DNA of 64,000 nt. Origin: Myxococcota bacterium. Lineage in GTDB: Bacteria > Myxococcota_A > SURF-8. The position numbers were made by a program, and so were the translations under genes. Each line of letters begins with the position of its first letter. The stretch's first letter is position 1. The stretch spans positions 3,008,001-3,072,000 of the forward strand of contig OZ223209.1 in the NCBI GenBank assembly GCA_965140415.1, written 5' to 3'. Below, in pieces: positions 1 through 9,837 of this stretch. The notes below the pieces were generated by a model. That model ran no database searches and was not told the DNA's origin. It saw nothing but the letters and a program-made list of their open reading frames with translations.

Positions 1-956
1 AAACGAGTCAGTTCGGAATCATCGTACAAATCCCGCCATTGATCGCGGTGCTTCTTGTCGTTCTTCGGTGCGTAGATGTAGGTGTTAAGTCCCCATACTC
101 CCATCCAGCGTATGATTTCAAGACGTTTTCTATGCGACCACGGGTGCCCGTAATATCCCTCTACAACACCTCCCATGGAGACCTGTTGCGATCGCTTGGG
201 GTCATAGTTTGTCACAGAAACGATGGGGGACCACTCGCCAGCCTCGCCATTGTAATCGATTCCGCGAACACGATACGACACATCTCCCGCATTGACAGGT
301 CGGTCGAAAGCTTTTGGATTTGTCGTGTTAAAAAGATGAACAAGTGTTCCATCCGATTCGCTTCGCTCGACTTCATAATGGTGCGCTCCGTCGATTGCAT
401 CCCAATTCATCTCCAAAATTCCTTCTTTCCCATTAATCGTGGGAGAAGAAATGCTGCCAAGCGACGGTACGGTTTTGGCAAAGACGGAAAGCCGAGCCAC
501 ACTGACACCGGAACCTTCCAGGACCACACGAAGATACCGGACGCTGTTTAATGTCGTGGTGGGGGTAAGCACTGCACTGGTTGGATCGGAAACGGTCAAG
601 GAGCTAAGAACGGTTTGTGTGAAACGATCCGGACCACCGCTTAGGGTAACGGTGCGAGCCCAGCGTTCTCCCCAGTCGATTTCCACACGGTCAATTTCCA
701 AACGAATGTCCCTGCCGTCGCTGGACAGGTCAAGCTCGATCCAGGCGCTATCGCCCTCCGGTGGAGTCCATGCCGTATCGGGATCATCATCGCGCAAAGC
801 GGTCCGACCTTCAGTCGCTTCCGCCACCAATCCGGCAACATTTGCAACGCCACTGACTTCCAACTTGGAATCGATGGCCAGGTCCAGTTCCGCTTGCGCT
901 ACGGTGCTCCATAGTAAAATCGTCGAAAATGAAATCAGCAACAAGGCAATTCTCAT
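1..956 (-). CDS. Secreted GH84-family beta-N-acetylglucosaminidase (O-GlcNAcase/hyaluronidase-like) with N-terminal discoidin-like and FN3-like domains; 3' end runs off the window
   Basis: Not in the ORF track because there is no stop inside the window. Manual minus-strand translation from ATG at 956 (GGAGG upstream) gives signal peptide MRIALLLISFSTILLWSTVAQA, a discoidin-like region (DDDPDTAW...WIELDL...VRYLRV), an FN3-like region (NWDAIDGAHHYEVER...YRVRGIDYNG..GEWS), then GH84 motifs GVVEGYYGHPWS and LNTYIYAPKNDKKHRDQWRDLY. Confidence 0.88.
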   Translation of the reverse strand, partial: MRIALLLISFSTILLWSTVAQAELDLAIDSKLEVSGVANVAGLVAEATEGRTALRDDDPDTAWTPPEGDSAWIELDLSSDGRDIRLEIDRVEIDWGERWARTVTLSGGPDRFTQTVLSSLTVSDPTSAVLTPTTTLNSVRYLRVVLEGSGVSVARLSVFAKTVPSLGSISSPTINGKEGILEMNWDAIDGAHHYEVERSESDGTLVHLFNTTNPKAFDRPVNAGDVSYRVRGIDYNGEAGEWSPIVSVTNYDPKRSQQVSMGGVVEGYYGHPWSHRKRLEIIRWMGVWGLNTYIYAPKNDKKHRDQWRDLYDDSELTR

Positions 957-1166
957 TGTACACATTCCTCCGAAACATCTGAAAAATGCTCATCTAAAAG
1001 CATTCAGAATCGTTGCGTCGTAAAAACGCCACTATTATCTATTGAAAATACTTTGAAAACAAGGGAAAAGCGGTATGAGATTTGTATGACAAAGGAGAAA
1101 CCGCGCTTTAAGGACGTAGTAAGATTCTTTACAAGAAGTGCGATGGCCCTGCGCTTGTCGGTAAAA

Positions 1167-1805
1167 CTAGCGTTTTAGCAGTTGGCGTAGCGTTTTTAAA
1201 AGCACCATAAGGTCTGTTGTCATCGATTGCTGTTCGATGTACCGCAAGTTCAATTCCAGCTTTTTCGGTAGAATTTCCTGGATATAGACCGTGCGCACAT
1301 CTTCTGATTGAGCTAGCAACTCACTTTCGTCAATGTATTCCAGAGAAGCAAAATCCGTAATGCCAGGGCGTACCTGTAAAATCGTTCGATATTTCTCTTC
1401 GAATTGACGTACATACTGTTCCACTTCGGGGCGTGGACCGACTAGCGACATCTGCCCTAAGAACACATTGATCAATTGCGGTAGTTCGTTAAGCTTGGAT
1501 CTGCGAAGGTAATGCCCGATTCGGGTTACACTTTGATCCGAAGGCAAACTCAATCCCAGGTCGTTTGGTGGGATATCCGGCTTCATGGTGCGAAACTTGA
1601 ACATGCCGAAGGGATTGAAATCGCGCCCGATTCTCTGATGCGAAAAGAATACCGGACCTCTATCTTCCAATTTGATAAGTAGCGCAATGCCTGCGAAAAG
1701 AGGGGACAATGCACAAAGTCCCGCGAGAGACCCTGCCAAGTCGAAAATCCGTTTGCCGGTTACACGATTCATCCTGCTTGAAAAGACTCGCCTTTTATTT
1801 GTCAA
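1167..1805 (-). CDS. Bacterial sugar transferase (monotopic phosphoglycosyl transferase, PglC/WcaJ C-terminal-like)
   Basis: KRIFDL...GPVFFSHQRIG...FKFRTM...LRRSKLNELPQLINVFLGQMSLVGPRPE...RPGITD motifs. Confidence 0.92.
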   Translation of the reverse strand: MTNKRRVFSSRMNRVTGKRIFDLAGSLAGLCALSPLFAGIALLIKLEDRGPVFFSHQRIGRDFNPFGMFKFRTMKPDIPPNDLGLSLPSDQSVTRIGHYLRRSKLNELPQLINVFLGQMSLVGPRPEVEQYVRQFEEKYRTILQVRPGITDFASLEYIDESELLAQSEDVRTVYIQEILPKKLELNLRYIEQQSMTTDLMVLLKTLRQLLKR

Positions 1806-1832
1806 CTGACGATCCGTGGCAAAATATTATGC

Positions 1833-2702
1833 TTAATTATAGCTTGCCGACACCAGTAACATTCCGCCTACGTTGGTCATGGATTTCGGAATCCAGGACG
1901 CATTGACCATCCCGATCAGGCCGACCCCCCAGGATTCCGAGACTTCCCATTCTCGTCCAACCATCAGGTTGCCCGCCAGACCGCCAAAATCATCGATAAA
2001 CGTACTGCTTTCATCCGCATCGAATACGAAAAGGCTGGAAAGTTCCAGGCTCGCACTCACATAGACATTCGAAGGCATGAAATAATAGGTAAACCCGATG
2101 CCATAGTTTTGAACGTAAATAACGCTGTCGTCTGGGAAAGTATCCCCTGTATTTTTTCCGGAAAGGGTAGGGAGAATGCCGAAGTAGTTGTCGAAGGTCA
2201 AATGGACGGCGATGTTCGGCTCTACAAATCCACCTAGAGCGAAACCGAAAAAGGCCGTGGCAGCATAGCTGTCTACACTTGCAGACGATCCATCCGCGTT
2301 CTCATAATCGACAATCGTGTAACTGAAACCGGGACCGACTAGCAGCCTGAAAAGCAGACCCGTATGCCCGAGATCGATATCATCTACCTGTGCCTCTCCG
2401 GCATCCGAGGATTCAATTTCCAAATCGGAGACTTCCTGTTCCTGATTGATTTCCGAGGGAGTTTCTTCCTCGATTGCGTTTTCAGCATCAACTTGAGGTT
2501 CATCGGTTTGCAAAGTCGTTTCGCCCGATTCCACTGGTGTCGAATCGTCTGATGCCTTACTGTCTGTCACCGGTTGGACTCGTTCAGTTTCAGGTTCGGC
2601 TGTGTTGTCGGCATCTTGGGCATGTGAAGTGACAGGAAAGACCACGAAACACCATAGCAGTGCAACAAACAGCAATTTTCCAAATTTCCGCCGATTCTCC
2701 AT
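1833..2702 (-). CDS. Outer-membrane beta-barrel protein with acidic N-terminal linker
   Basis: Signal peptide ending SHA-Q, ~80-aa Glu/Asp-rich linker, then amphipathic beta-strands (GIGFTYYFMPSNVYVSAS, VGREWEVSESWGVG) ending in SASYN. Confidence 0.7.
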   Translation of the reverse strand: MENRRKFGKLLFVALLWCFVVFPVTSHAQDADNTAEPETERVQPVTDSKASDDSTPVESGETTLQTDEPQVDAENAIEEETPSEINQEQEVSDLEIESSDAGEAQVDDIDLGHTGLLFRLLVGPGFSYTIVDYENADGSSASVDSYAATAFFGFALGGFVEPNIAVHLTFDNYFGILPTLSGKNTGDTFPDDSVIYVQNYGIGFTYYFMPSNVYVSASLELSSLFVFDADESSTFIDDFGGLAGNLMVGREWEVSESWGVGLIGMVNASWIPKSMTNVGGMLLVSASYN

Positions 2703-2953
2703 GTTTTCCCTCGCAGGTTTTCAATCCGTTCATTTTACTTTAATCGGATTTTGATTGAAGTAAAGGAAAAGCCACACCATATCGTTGTTGTTTAAAATCT
2801 TTTAACACCCGATCCGTACATGACATTGCCAATTCGTATCGTTGTATGATAACCTCTTTATATTCGCGTAACATTCAGAACAATCGAATGATGTGCATAC
2901 GAAAATTATTAACAGCGAGTTGCGATCCGGCCGGAATCTGGAGGGAATGAGGT

Positions 2954-4663
2954 ATGCTTAAAAGACTATTGCCGACAATATTCATGCTGTTTGGCATACT
3001 GGCTCCAATGGCTCACGCCAGCACCTATCAAGTGGGCGATATCGCGATAATCGAAGATGAAGGGAATTACATCAACTCTGCTGTAGCCATGCCGAACGTT
3101 TTCCTTTTACGAGCGACCTGTGCCTTTTATCAAGTTCACGCCGATGCTTTCGATGCTGTTTTCGTGTTCAACAGTAACCAGTTAGACATGATTTCCAATA
3201 CGCAGCAAGGCTGGCCAGTCAATTCGCCTTCTCAGGGAATCGGTCGTGGATTTGCTGATCAGAGCGAAACCTTCTGCTCGTTCAATCACCGTCTGCGCCA
3301 AGCTGTCAAGATGGGATCGATCGATACTCTGCCGGACAATACCGATGCACCTTATACCGGAATTCTTTTCTACCCGTTAACGGGAATCGAACTGATGGCA
3401 CACGAGTTCGGTCATCAGTGGCTGGCTGCGATGGATTACGATCTTGGAGACGGCGTTGGCAAGCGTTGCGATTTGCGGGGCTATGAGCCCAGCAGCAGTG
3501 GCAGCGATGGTACTCAGACCGGAAATGAAGATTGTGCCGGTTACAATTCCAACGATTTCAACCAACACTGGAGCTACTACTTTAATTCAGGTTCGTTGAT
3601 GTATGGCAGTTTCATCGAAGAACTGGGAGGTGGCCAATTTCGCATCTATAACGGTGATTACAAGTATGGCCATTTCGACCAGTATGCCATGGGATTGCGG
3701 CTGCCAAAAGACGTTGAACCTTCGTTTCTAATTAAAAAGGACGACATAAGCGGTTCTGCCTCGTTGCCCATTTATTTCGACAGGGAAGCCACACACGAGG
3801 GAGAGAAGCAGGTCATCACGATCGATGATGTCATTCGTGCCATGGGTCCACGTGACCCCGCGTTGGAAACCTGTCACTGGAAAGCGGCGTTTATCATCAT
3901 TCATCCTCCCGGTTTTCCCCCGACCCAGCAACAGATCGACAAGGTAGAGCGATATCGGCAACGCTGGGAAGAGTTTTATTCCTGGGCGACCGATGGCAGA
4001 GGTTCGATGGACACAAGTCTGGATGGTTGCGGCACTGGAACGGCTAGCTGTGTTGGTGAAGTGTCCGAACAATGCGGCGCAGAGGATTGTTCCGAAGGGG
4101 AAACCCGCTGCAATGGAAATGTAACCGTTGCCGTTTGTCATGACGGCGCTTTTCAGGATGTGGAGACCTGTACGAACGGCGATATCTGCCAACAGGGAAT
4201 GTGTATCGCGACCTCCGATGGCGACCAGAATATGACCGATGGCGATACCACGGATGGAGATATGGCTGAAGATGGGGATGTGATAGTCGATGGAGACAAA
4301 CCGGATGGAGACTGGGCGGCAGGTGATACGGATTCTGACGCTATTCCCATCACAGATGGAGATCAAAGCATCGACGGAGATATCATCATCGATGGCGACA
4401 GCAATTCTGGACAGATTTGTACTCCGGGGGAACACATCTGCGACGGTGAAATCTATAAAAAATGTAGTGCGCTTGGGATCGCGTGGCTGACCGAAATGGA
4501 TTGCGTGGCAAACAATTCCACCTGCGACGAAGAAGAGGGGTGCATCAGAGGTTCTTCTTCCGGTTGCAACCAGCCTCTATCCTCGCCGATGGCGACTCTG
4601 TTATTGCTGCTTCTTTCAATGGCTGCGTTTGGCCGGTCTATCAATAAGCGTAAAAGAGGTTAA
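2954..4663 (+). CDS. Secreted zincin metalloprotease with Cys-rich modules, DGD-repeat tract and MYXO-CTERM-like C-terminal anchor
   Basis: Signal peptide (AHA-S), HEFGH zinc motif, downstream HWS and DQYAMG, DGD repeats, then SSSGC, a hydrophobic helix and a basic tail (KRKRG). Confidence 0.8.
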   Translation: MLKRLLPTIFMLFGILAPMAHASTYQVGDIAIIEDEGNYINSAVAMPNVFLLRATCAFYQVHADAFDAVFVFNSNQLDMISNTQQGWPVNSPSQGIGRGFADQSETFCSFNHRLRQAVKMGSIDTLPDNTDAPYTGILFYPLTGIELMAHEFGHQWLAAMDYDLGDGVGKRCDLRGYEPSSSGSDGTQTGNEDCAGYNSNDFNQHWSYYFNSGSLMYGSFIEELGGGQFRIYNGDYKYGHFDQYAMGLRLPKDVEPSFLIKKDDISGSASLPIYFDREATHEGEKQVITIDDVIRAMGPRDPALETCHWKAAFIIIHPPGFPPTQQQIDKVERYRQRWEEFYSWATDGRGSMDTSLDGCGTGTASCVGEVSEQCGAEDCSEGETRCNGNVTVAVCHDGAFQDVETCTNGDICQQGMCIATSDGDQNMTDGDTTDGDMAEDGDVIVDGDKPDGDWAAGDTDSDAIPITDGDQSIDGDIIIDGDSNSGQICTPGEHICDGEIYKKCSALGIAWLTEMDCVANNSTCDEEEGCIRGSSSGCNQPLSSPMATLLLLLLSMAAFGRSINKRKRG

Positions 4664-5634
4664 ATTCTCCCGGTTTTGCGGTACCAGGAAAAGGTATCTT
4701 TTAATGTCTGTTCGATTGGACGTGGGTTATACCCCAATTCTTCCTTGGCCTTGTTTATGTTTACGTTTCTATAGGTTTGTAAAATTCGGATGTACTGGTG
4801 ATTAATTGGAAATTCCTTTCCCAGAGCATGAGCTATTCGAGACAACCCCCAGCCAAGAAACATGGCAGCGCTTTCCGGGATAACGATTCCTGGCGCACGA
4901 TTGCCGGTAATGTGAGAGATCGTCTGCGCCAGTTCGGACATCGACAGCCACTGCCCGCCAATAAGATACCGTTCCCCGGCTTTTCCATTTTCCATGGCCA
5001 ATAGAATCGCACGGGCTACATCCCGAACGTCTACCCAGTCGAAGCCGCCGGCGACAAGGGCTGGTAATTTCTGTTTGTACAATGCAATTAACAGCTTTTG
5101 CATCATCGAGCCGTTGTAGTCGTATGGTCCTATGATTCCAGTCGGATTCAATATCACCACATCCAATCCGTTGGCGGCGGCCTCAAGCACCAGTCGTTCC
5201 GCCTCCGCTTTGGTGCGCCCATAGGCGGTCGGCTCTGATTCGTCGACAAGAGGGCAGTTCTCGTCGATGATCTGGCCTCGTCGGTCTTCACGAAAGACGC
5301 GGATCGAACTCATATACACGAGGCGTTTGACATCGCACGCGATACAGGCATCCAACACATGCTGGGTGCCTTCGATATTGAGTCGGCGCATCAATGCTTC
5401 ACCACCACCTTTGCTGCCGACCTGTGCGGCCAAGTGAATGACGGTGTCTACTCCTTCAAATGCATTGAGGAGGCTTTGAGGATCTGTCAAATCCGCATGA
5501 ACGGTTTCAACCTGCATCCCAGCCAAGGCGTGCCGCGATCGATGAACGAGAACCCTGGGAACAATGTTACGTTCATGAAGCAGCCGCAGGACATTTCCTC
5601 CCACGAAGCCGGTTGCACCTGTTATTGCAATCAT
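4660..5634 (-). CDS. NAD-dependent epimerase/dehydratase (extended SDR, dihydroflavonol reductase/HpnA-like)
   Basis: TGATGFVG Rossmann motif, YGRTK catalytic motif, NPTGIIGP, VDVRDVA, GERY. Confidence 0.9.
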   Translation of the reverse strand: MIAITGATGFVGGNVLRLLHERNIVPRVLVHRSRHALAGMQVETVHADLTDPQSLLNAFEGVDTVIHLAAQVGSKGGGEALMRRLNIEGTQHVLDACIACDVKRLVYMSSIRVFREDRRGQIIDENCPLVDESEPTAYGRTKAEAERLVLEAAANGLDVVILNPTGIIGPYDYNGSMMQKLLIALYKQKLPALVAGGFDWVDVRDVARAILLAMENGKAGERYLIGGQWLSMSELAQTISHITGNRAPGIVIPESAAMFLGWGLSRIAHALGKEFPINHQYIRILQTYRNVNINKAKEELGYNPRPIEQTLKDTFSWYRKTGRI

Positions 5635-6035
5635 ACTCAGTTCCTTGTCGTTATCTAAATTTCACTATCCACCACAGCGTTTGTACAGCCAAGCCGGATG
5701 ATGTCGCTTGATTGTACTTATCTGCAAGAAATCATGCCAATATTATTCAATCAACTTCGACTATTTAAAACGAATTGAAATCGTTTCGGCCAATTATGGG
5801 CAATTTTCGAATAAACAGCGATATGATGTCTGAAAATTAAAAGTGTCAACCATTTGAAAAAAGCCGTCGATGCGCCTTTATAACCTCGTTCATGATTCCC
5901 ACCCAACGCTATAGTGTATTGATTCTACAAGGGAATCATTGACGAATAAGGACTGGCATGTTAGAAAATAAGAGCCGTGTGTGTAACAACGCCTTACGAA
6001 ATTATGCTGACTTGATGATGCTATGGAGAAAAACG

Positions 6036-9000
6036 ATGAGACGGTTTGATTTCCTCGTCGGGATGTTGCTGTGGGTCGCTCTTGCTTCTGCTGCGTTCAG
6101 TTGCAACAGTTCGGATGATTCCGTGGATTCATCATCCGATGGCGATACCGATACGGAATTTGCCACGCCATATAATCCGAACGATCCCAATAATCCGGGA
6201 GATCCCTTTCTTCCTGGAGATTCAGAGCAATCTGTAGACGGCGACAAGACGGCGGACGGAGACAGTTCGGTTGATGGCGACCAGTCGACAGATGGCGATG
6301 TTCCTGTGGATGGTGACCAGCAAGCAGATGGTGACGAACCAACTGATGGCGATCAACCGGTGGACGGAGACGAACCTTCCGATGGCGATCAACCGACAGA
6401 TGGAGACGAGCCACCTGATGGTGATGAGCCGGTTGACGGAGACAATCCGGTTGATGGAGATCTGCCGACAGATGGGGATGAACCTACCGACGGTGATGAA
6501 CCTACCGACGGTGATGAGCCGGTAGATGGTGATGTCACTACATGCGGCACGTGTCCTGATCATGCTCATTGCAACGAGCAGACCTCGCTTTGCGAATGTG
6601 ATGATGATTACATCTGGAACGGGGCGATCTGCGTTCCGGAAAGCGATCCGTGCCAAGGCTGTCCTGAAAACGCCCACTGCAACACCGGAACATTCCAGTG
6701 TGAATGTGATAGCGGATATCATTGGGAAGGTGCTTTGTGCGTGGAAGATACGGTTCCCTGTGGCGGACCATGCCCGGATCATGCAAGTTGCAACACGCTG
6801 ACGGATCGTTGCGAATGCGATGAGAATTACAGTTGGGAGGGAGACGTCTGTGTCGCCGATGCCGACCCCTATGGCGGGCGTGGCGAGCCATGTACTTTCG
6901 ATGTCCTTTACCCGGCAGCGGGAGACTGTGAAGACAGCCTGAATTGCATCGGAGCCCACTTCAATGCATCGTCGAGTTCTCCGCTGTCTTGTACAACTTC
7001 AAATGATTGCGTTGCCGAACTGGGAGATATCGCCACCTGTGCATCCGGGTACTGTGGAGTGGCGTGGTGCTCTGAACTTTGTACGAGCAATGCCGACTGT
7101 CTTTCCTCCGATTATGGGGAAGGGGGCGGTTGTTGCGGCGAAGTTGGCAGCAGCGATATGTGTTATATCAATGCTTTCTGCACTCCTTCAGGCAGTCAGG
7201 AAGGTGGCGATCCCTGCACGTTTGGCGAAGTACACGCCGAATCCGGCTACTGTCTGGAAGACCTCAGTTGCATTGGATTATATGCGGATGCATCCAGCAG
7301 TTCGCCGGTTGCATGTACGAATGCGCAGGATTGCGTCTCTGAATTTGGCTCCCAGGCGGATTGCGCTGCGGGGTACTGTGGTGTTTCATGGTGCAGTGAA
7401 GCTTGCGTCAACGACAGCGATTGTCCGCAAGGCGATTATGGGACCAACGCCTGCTGTGGCACGGTCGGTGAAGACAGCATGTGTTACATCGGCGATTTCT
7501 GTACGCCGGTTGGAACGCAAGATGAGGGCGAACCCTGTGCCTTTGGCGTAGTGAACGAACTTGCCGGTGCATGTTTGGACGAGCTTTCCTGCGTGGGTTT
7601 GTATGCCGATGGAACGGGGAACTCTCAGACGCTGACTTGCACTACCTCTGCCGATTGCTCGGCAGAAATGGGCGCAAGCGGGCGTTGTGTTTCGGGGTAT
7701 TGTGGTGCTTCATGGTGTGGCGCGATCTGTGTAAACGACACGGACTGCGCTTCCAGTGATTACGGCGATGGCGCTTGTTGCGGCACGGTTGGAGAGGATT
7801 CGATTTGCTTCATTTCCGATTTCTGCGAAGCACAGGGTTGCGGAGATGATGAATTCGAGTGTGGAGACGGTAGCTGTCTGCCCGTGCATCGTGTGTGTGA
7901 TGGCAATTCAGACTGTCCCGGTGGTGAAGATGAGGCCGATTGCGGTTGCGATGCAGAGCAGTTCGAGTGCGGAGATGGAAGCTGTTTGCCCTCTCATCGT
8001 GTGTGTGACGGAAACGAAGACTGCCCCGGTGGTGAAGATGAGCAAGGCTGTCCCTGCGGTGATGATGAATTCACGTGCGACAATGGGGATTGTATCCCTC
8101 TGGGCTGGGTCTGTGATGATGTTGAAGATTGCGATAATGGCGAGGACGAAGTCGGATGTGATGTGGATCGGCAGGAAGGGGAACCCTGCACCTATGAAAG
8201 TTTGAACCCAACCGCCGGTGATTGCGAGGCAGGGCTTGCTTGTGTGGCACTGCATGCTGATGGTTCCACTGATACCGTTGCGGTACCATGTTCCTCAACG
8301 GCAGAATGCCAGGGCTACTACGGAAGCAATGCCATGTGCGCTTCGGGGTATTGTGGAGTATCATGGTGCAGCGATACCTGCACAACGTCCGCCGATTGTT
8401 CGACCGCCACATATGGAACGTATGCCTGCTGTCAGGCGGTCAGCGGCCAGGACATGTGCATCATTTCCGAATTGTGTGGCGAGCGCAGCCGAGGTCAGAC
8501 CTGCTCCTTTGATTTGCTGTATCCCGGTGTGGGTGCTTGTATCGACGATTATTCCTGTATCGGCCTGCATGCCGATCAGGATGCAACTACTCCTGCTCCT
8601 TGCAGCACCGATTCCGATTGCTACGCCGAGTTCGGAAACAGATCCACATGCGCTTCCGGCTATTGCGGAGTGGCCTGGTGTAGCGAATCCTGTACGACAG
8701 ATACGGACTGTCCATCTACTTATTACGGTGTTGGTGGATGTTGTGGAACGGTTGGTACGGATTCCATGTGTTACATCTCCGATTTCTGTGCTCCTGTCGG
8801 CAATCGAGGTGCAGGCGAAACCTGTAGTTTCTATGCCTTGTACCCGGATGTCGGCGATTGCGAACAGGGGATGAACTGTATCGGCACCCACGCCAACGCT
8901 TCTTCTACCAGTCCATATCCCTGTACGTCCGATTCCGGTTGTTGGGGAGCGTACGGCACCATGGCGACCTGTGAAGGCGGCTACTGTGGTGTGGCATGGT

Positions 9001-9116
9001 GTGCAGAGACATGTACGACAAACACGCAATGCCAGAATTCCGATTATGGCTGGGGAGGATGTTGTGGCACGGTTGGAGAGGACCATCTGTGTTACATAGA
9101 GGATTTCTGTGATTAG
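6036..9116 (+). CDS. Large Cys-rich lipoprotein: DGD tract, 3 EGF-like repeats, 6 copies of a 14-Cys ~105-aa repeat, 3 LDL-receptor class A repeats
   Basis: Likely start ATG 6036 with GGAG upstream; lipobox AFSC; repeats read directly from the translation (e.g. CGDDEFECGDGSCLPVHRVCDGNSDCPGGEDE). Confidence 0.85.
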   Translation: MRRFDFLVGMLLWVALASAAFSCNSSDDSVDSSSDGDTDTEFATPYNPNDPNNPGDPFLPGDSEQSVDGDKTADGDSSVDGDQSTDGDVPVDGDQQADGDEPTDGDQPVDGDEPSDGDQPTDGDEPPDGDEPVDGDNPVDGDLPTDGDEPTDGDEPTDGDEPVDGDVTTCGTCPDHAHCNEQTSLCECDDDYIWNGAICVPESDPCQGCPENAHCNTGTFQCECDSGYHWEGALCVEDTVPCGGPCPDHASCNTLTDRCECDENYSWEGDVCVADADPYGGRGEPCTFDVLYPAAGDCEDSLNCIGAHFNASSSSPLSCTTSNDCVAELGDIATCASGYCGVAWCSELCTSNADCLSSDYGEGGGCCGEVGSSDMCYINAFCTPSGSQEGGDPCTFGEVHAESGYCLEDLSCIGLYADASSSSPVACTNAQDCVSEFGSQADCAAGYCGVSWCSEACVNDSDCPQGDYGTNACCGTVGEDSMCYIGDFCTPVGTQDEGEPCAFGVVNELAGACLDELSCVGLYADGTGNSQTLTCTTSADCSAEMGASGRCVSGYCGASWCGAICVNDTDCASSDYGDGACCGTVGEDSICFISDFCEAQGCGDDEFECGDGSCLPVHRVCDGNSDCPGGEDEADCGCDAEQFECGDGSCLPSHRVCDGNEDCPGGEDEQGCPCGDDEFTCDNGDCIPLGWVCDDVEDCDNGEDEVGCDVDRQEGEPCTYESLNPTAGDCEAGLACVALHADGSTDTVAVPCSSTAECQGYYGSNAMCASGYCGVSWCSDTCTTSADCSTATYGTYACCQAVSGQDMCIISELCGERSRGQTCSFDLLYPGVGACIDDYSCIGLHADQDATTPAPCSTDSDCYAEFGNRSTCASGYCGVAWCSESCTTDTDCPSTYYGVGGCCGTVGTDSMCYISDFCAPVGNRGAGETCSFYALYPDVGDCEQGMNCIGTHANASSTSPYPCTSDSGCWGAYGTMATCEGGYCGVAWCAETCTTNTQCQNSDYGWGGCCGTVGEDHLCYIEDFCD
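6237..6542 (+). repeat. Coding tandem repeat: about 17 DGDxxx hexapeptides (18-bp period)
   Basis: DGDKTA DGDSSV ... DGDEPT DGDEPT DGDEPV; exact 18-bp duplication gatgaacctaccgacggt at 6477-6512. Confidence 0.9.
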
Positions 9117-9247
9117 AGACAAGAGTGCAGATAATCGTTAAATTGTGTAAAGACTGGGAATGACTGGTTGCCGTTTGGCTTCTGTCTAGTCTGTACGATC
9201 AAGAAAGACTTACTGAAGACCTGTAATTGCGGAATGCGATGGAGTAA

Positions 9248-9541
9248 ATGACAAGAAAACGACGGACGGTTAAACAAGCAAAACAACTTCCTGCCTGGCA
9301 GTCTAAAGAAATCGCGCGTTATGTGCGTGATTTCAAGTGTCCGGAATGCAAAGCCTATGCGCTTTACGTGGACGAACGAAACGACACCTGGACGGTACGT
9401 TGCCGGAAATGCGGATACTCATTGCCTTTGGCGGAATTCGCCCGGACTGTCATGTCTTATGCGGAACATGCTGATCATGTCTCGATTCTTGTTCCCGATC
9501 TGCTAGGGAAATTGAAGGAAATCACGATCACGGAAGAATAG
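9248..9541 (+). CDS. Small zinc-ribbon protein
   Basis: GGAG RBS; basic N-terminus; FKCPEC-x17-CRKC. Confidence 0.75.
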   Translation: MTRKRRTVKQAKQLPAWQSKEIARYVRDFKCPECKAYALYVDERNDTWTVRCRKCGYSLPLAEFARTVMSYAEHADHVSILVPDLLGKLKEITITEE

Positions 9542-9707
9542 CTTTGTTGTCTTCCTTGTTGATAAGTAATTTTACTCTTAGTAAGAATTGGTCTGTCTGA
9601 AATATAATTCCAAAAATGAAAATACTGAATCCATAGTGATTCGAAAGTGTTTGCCCGTTTCGCTTTTCCTAAAGGTCGAATGTGTAAGTTTTTGCCAAAA
9701 ATGTGAC

Positions 9708-9736
9708 TTGACAGTAACTGAAGCTTTTTGTAACGT
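9708..9736 (+). promoter_or_regulatory. Sigma-70-type promoter upstream of the fis-like gene
   Basis: TTGACA-17 bp-TAACGT. Confidence 0.5.
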
Positions 9737-9837
9737 TAACCATCTCAAGACGCTACATCAAGAAATACAGTGGGGAAATCGTTCCCAACAACTGCTTTTA
9801 AAGCTATTCCGTTGAAACGGGGCTCGAATGGAATGAG

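Noticed and set aside
39-1023. Plus-strand ORFs 39-551 and 439-1023
   Set aside because: They overlap the minus-strand GH84 gene, which has clear family motifs.
5722-5739. TGGCATGATTTCTTGCA upstream of the epimerase as a sigma-54 promoter
   Set aside because: Spacing is GG-N11-GC, one base too long for the strict -24/-12 geometry.
6237-6542. Short periodic DNA repeats as a CRISPR array
   Set aside because: In-frame 15-18-bp coding repeats with synonymous variation, no unique spacers and no cas genes; the same applies to 42803-43120.
7838-8050. Near-duplicate LDLa segments as a DGR template/variable repeat pair
   Set aside because: Differences are mostly synonymous and not adenine-specific, both copies are coding, and no reverse transcriptase is present.
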